Shown piece after piece: positions 53,782 through 55,137 of a stretch of 55,137 nt of DNA. Below the pieces are notes generated by a model. That model was not told the DNA's origin and did no database searches. It worked only from the letters and a program-made list of their open reading frames with translations. The first letter of the stretch is position 1. Each line of letters starts with the position of its first letter. A program made the translations under genes and the position numbers. The stretch lies in assembly GCA_043742705.1 (NCBI GenBank), contig JAYTXY010000056.1, forward strand, positions 1 to 55,137. The letters are read 5' to 3'. The DNA comes from Bacteroidota bacterium. Its GTDB lineage: Bacteria > Bacteroidota > Bacteroidia > AKYH767-A > 2013-40CM-41-45.

Positions 53782-55137
53782 TTACTTTACGTTAACGTTG
53801 ATACCCAATTCCTTCAACTGATCAGTATGAAGCGATGACGGAGCATCAATCATCACATCTCTTCCTGAATTATTTTTCGGAAAAGCAATGTAATCGCGGA
53901 TTGAGTCAGAACCTCCAAACAACGAACAAAGTCTATCAAAGCCAAAAGCAATACCTCCATGCGGTGGTGCTCCGAATTCAAATGCATTCATTAAAAAACC
54001 GAATTGGCTTTGCGCATCTTCCGGAGTAAACCCAAGAATGGAAAACATTTTTTGTTGCAACTCTTTGTTGTGAATACGAATAGAGCCTCCGCCCACTTCT
54101 GTTCCATTGATCACCATGTCGTACGCATTCGCTCTCACTTCACCCGGATTTTTTCCGAGCAATGCAATGTCTTCCGGTTTCGGTGACGTAAACGGATGAT
54201 GCATAGCATGCCAACGTTTTGTTTCATCGTTGTATTCCAGCAATGGAAAATCAAGCACCCACAATGCTTTGTACTCATCTTTGTTTCGCAAGCCAAGACG
54301 GTTTCCCATTTCAAGGCGAAGCTCACTCATCGCTTTGCGGGTTTTATTTTTTTCTCCGGCTAAAATCAAAATTAAATCTCCTTGCTGTCCTCCGCAGTTT
54401 TCAAACCATTTTTTTTGAGCGTCTGTGTCATAGAATTTATCTACTGATGATTTCAAAGAATCATCCGTGTTCCATCGTGCATACACCAATCCCGTTGCTC
54501 CAATCTGCGGACGCTTTACCCATTCTGTCAATTCATCCAGTTGTTTGCGTGTATACTCCACACATCCTTTTGCACAAATTGCAACAACTAATTCTGCATC
54601 ATCAAAGACTTTGAAACCAGCCCCACCTAAATCCTCCCCAAAGGGAAGGACTTTTCCGCCAGCGTTTACAGGTGGTTTCAATTCAACCAACTTCATCTCG
54701 AAACGAATGTCAGGCTTATCGTTTCCATATTGTTTCATTGCATCTTCAAACGTCATGCGCGGTAAAGAAGGAACATCCACTCCTTTCACTGTTTTAAAAA
54801 GATGACGAATCATTCCTTCAAATGTTTGAAGAATATCTTCTTGCTCAATAAAACTCATCTCGCAGTCAATCTGTGTGAACTCAGGTTGACGGTCGGCTCG
54901 CAAATCTTCATCACGAAAACATTTCACAACCTGGTAATATTTGTCCATTCCCGCCACCATCAATAACTGTTTAAATGTTTGGGGAGATTGCGGCAGCGCA
55001 TAAAATTCCCCCTGGTTCATGCGAGAAGGAACTACAAAATCACGCGCTCCTTCCGGAGTTGATTTAATAAGTACGGGAGTCTCCACTTCAACAAAATTTA
55101 TGGCGTTGAGATAATTTCTTGTTTCAGCAGCAACGCG
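53782..55137 (-). CDS. aspS: Aspartate--tRNA ligase, C-terminal ~450 aa; the N-terminus lies beyond the window end
   Basis: The frame stays open to nt 55137 (upstream reads ...[21 protein letters not shown]). Contains [18 protein letters not shown] (motif 2), GGGSIRIH and GIAFGFDRL (motif 3). Confidence 0.93.
   Translation of the reverse strand, partial: RVAAETRNYLNAINFVEVETPVLIKSTPEGARDFVVPSRMNQGEFYALPQSPQTFKQLLMVAGMDKYYQVVKCFRDEDLRADRQPEFTQIDCEMSFIEQEDILQTFEGMIRHLFKTVKGVDVPSLPRMTFEDAMKQYGNDKPDIRFEMKLVELKPPVNAGGKVLPFGEDLGGAGFKVFDDAELVVAICAKGCVEYTRKQLDELTEWVKRPQIGATGLVYARWNTDDSLKSSVDKFYDTDAQKKWFENCGGQQGDLILILAGEKNKTRKAMSELRLEMGNRLGLRNKDEYKALWVLDFPLLEYNDETKRWHAMHHPFTSPKPEDIALLGKNPGEVRANAYDMVINGTEVGGGSIRIHNKELQQKMFSILGFTPEDAQSQFGFLMNAFEFGAPPHGGIAFGFDRLCSLFGGSDSIRDYIAFPKNNSGRDVMIDAPSSLHTDQLKELGINVNVK
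54616..54678 (-). repeat. In-frame palindromic insert-like segment in aspS encoding [21 protein letters not shown]
   Basis: The coding strand reads ccacct...tccttccctttggggaggatttaggtggggct. There is an inner palindrome tccttccc/ggggagga and an outer 6-bp inverted repeat ccacct/aggtgg. The core at 54619-54650 matches 35012-35044 in ileS. Confidence 0.6.

Noticed and set aside
269-54805. About 100 short ORFs (60-170 aa) in the track lie antisense to, or out of frame within, the long conserved genes. Examples are 893..1351(-), 2268..2627(-), 12602..13235(+), 34758..36607(+), 41071..41551(+) and 54219..54805(+).
   Set aside because: They overlap genes with clear conserved motifs, have no recognisable motifs themselves, and show shadow-frame composition. 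I treat them as spurious.
1-55137. A search by eye for tRNA, rRNA, tmRNA, RNase P, CRISPR repeats, integrase/transposase genes and prophage modules.
   Set aside because: None was recognised. Without covariance-model tools, small structured RNAs cannot be excluded, especially in 43983-44630 and in the hairpin loops.

Overview
This is a 55.1-kb chromosomal window that looks like Bacteroidota. The assignment rests on TAnnTTTG-type -7 boxes, ileS-dksA-lspA synteny, DUF4468/DUF885 proteins, and scattered four-helix-bundle and GxxExxY mini-genes. All calls come from reading the ORF translations and the DNA by eye; no searches were run. I found no rRNA, tRNA, CRISPR array, transposase or integrase.

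Most of the window is housekeeping: scoAB, lipB, PGI/PMI, lysS, gpsA, uvrC, lspA, ileS, ispD, pgk, aspS, peptidases and an ABC ATPase. Two accessory-looking blocks stand out.

(1) nt 1480-13376 is a surface-glycan-type locus. It holds a GT2 polyprenol-phosphate glycosyltransferase, three large GT-C-like polytopic proteins and a secreted GH5. It also holds a carbamoyltransferase/DUF5989/SxtJ trio and a membrane-anchored SGNH hydrolase. A fourth GT-C-like gene lies at 25814. Two of the polytopic proteins carry near-identical C-terminal WETF beta-trefoil modules.

(2) nt 40492-43982 is a translationally coupled operon for a serine-palmitoyltransferase-like alpha-oxoamine synthase, a GNAT-like acyltransferase and an SDR reductase. 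It is a candidate sphingolipid or sulfonolipid pathway.

The most unusual signal is non-coding. Many intergenic gaps are filled edge to edge by hairpins whose arms are tandem duplications of a short unit (tacgaat, aattgcggat, tagttcattgg, aaaagttaaaa, gcgcaaag, aatttgat and others). Three of these hairpins carry a single small gene in the loop: a four-helix-bundle protein splitting scoA/scoB, a GxxExxY PD-(D/E)XK protein, and a 134-aa unknown.

Separately, a related roughly 33-nt palindromic element encoding LPFGE(G/D)xGGA sits in frame inside both ileS and aspS. This resembles Rickettsia-type palindromic elements.

Other notable items:
- a histone-H1-like Lys/Ala/Pro extension fused to the DksA/TraR protein
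- a 49-aa DUF5989 ORF missing from the ORF track
- a 650-nt ORF-free region at 43983-44630
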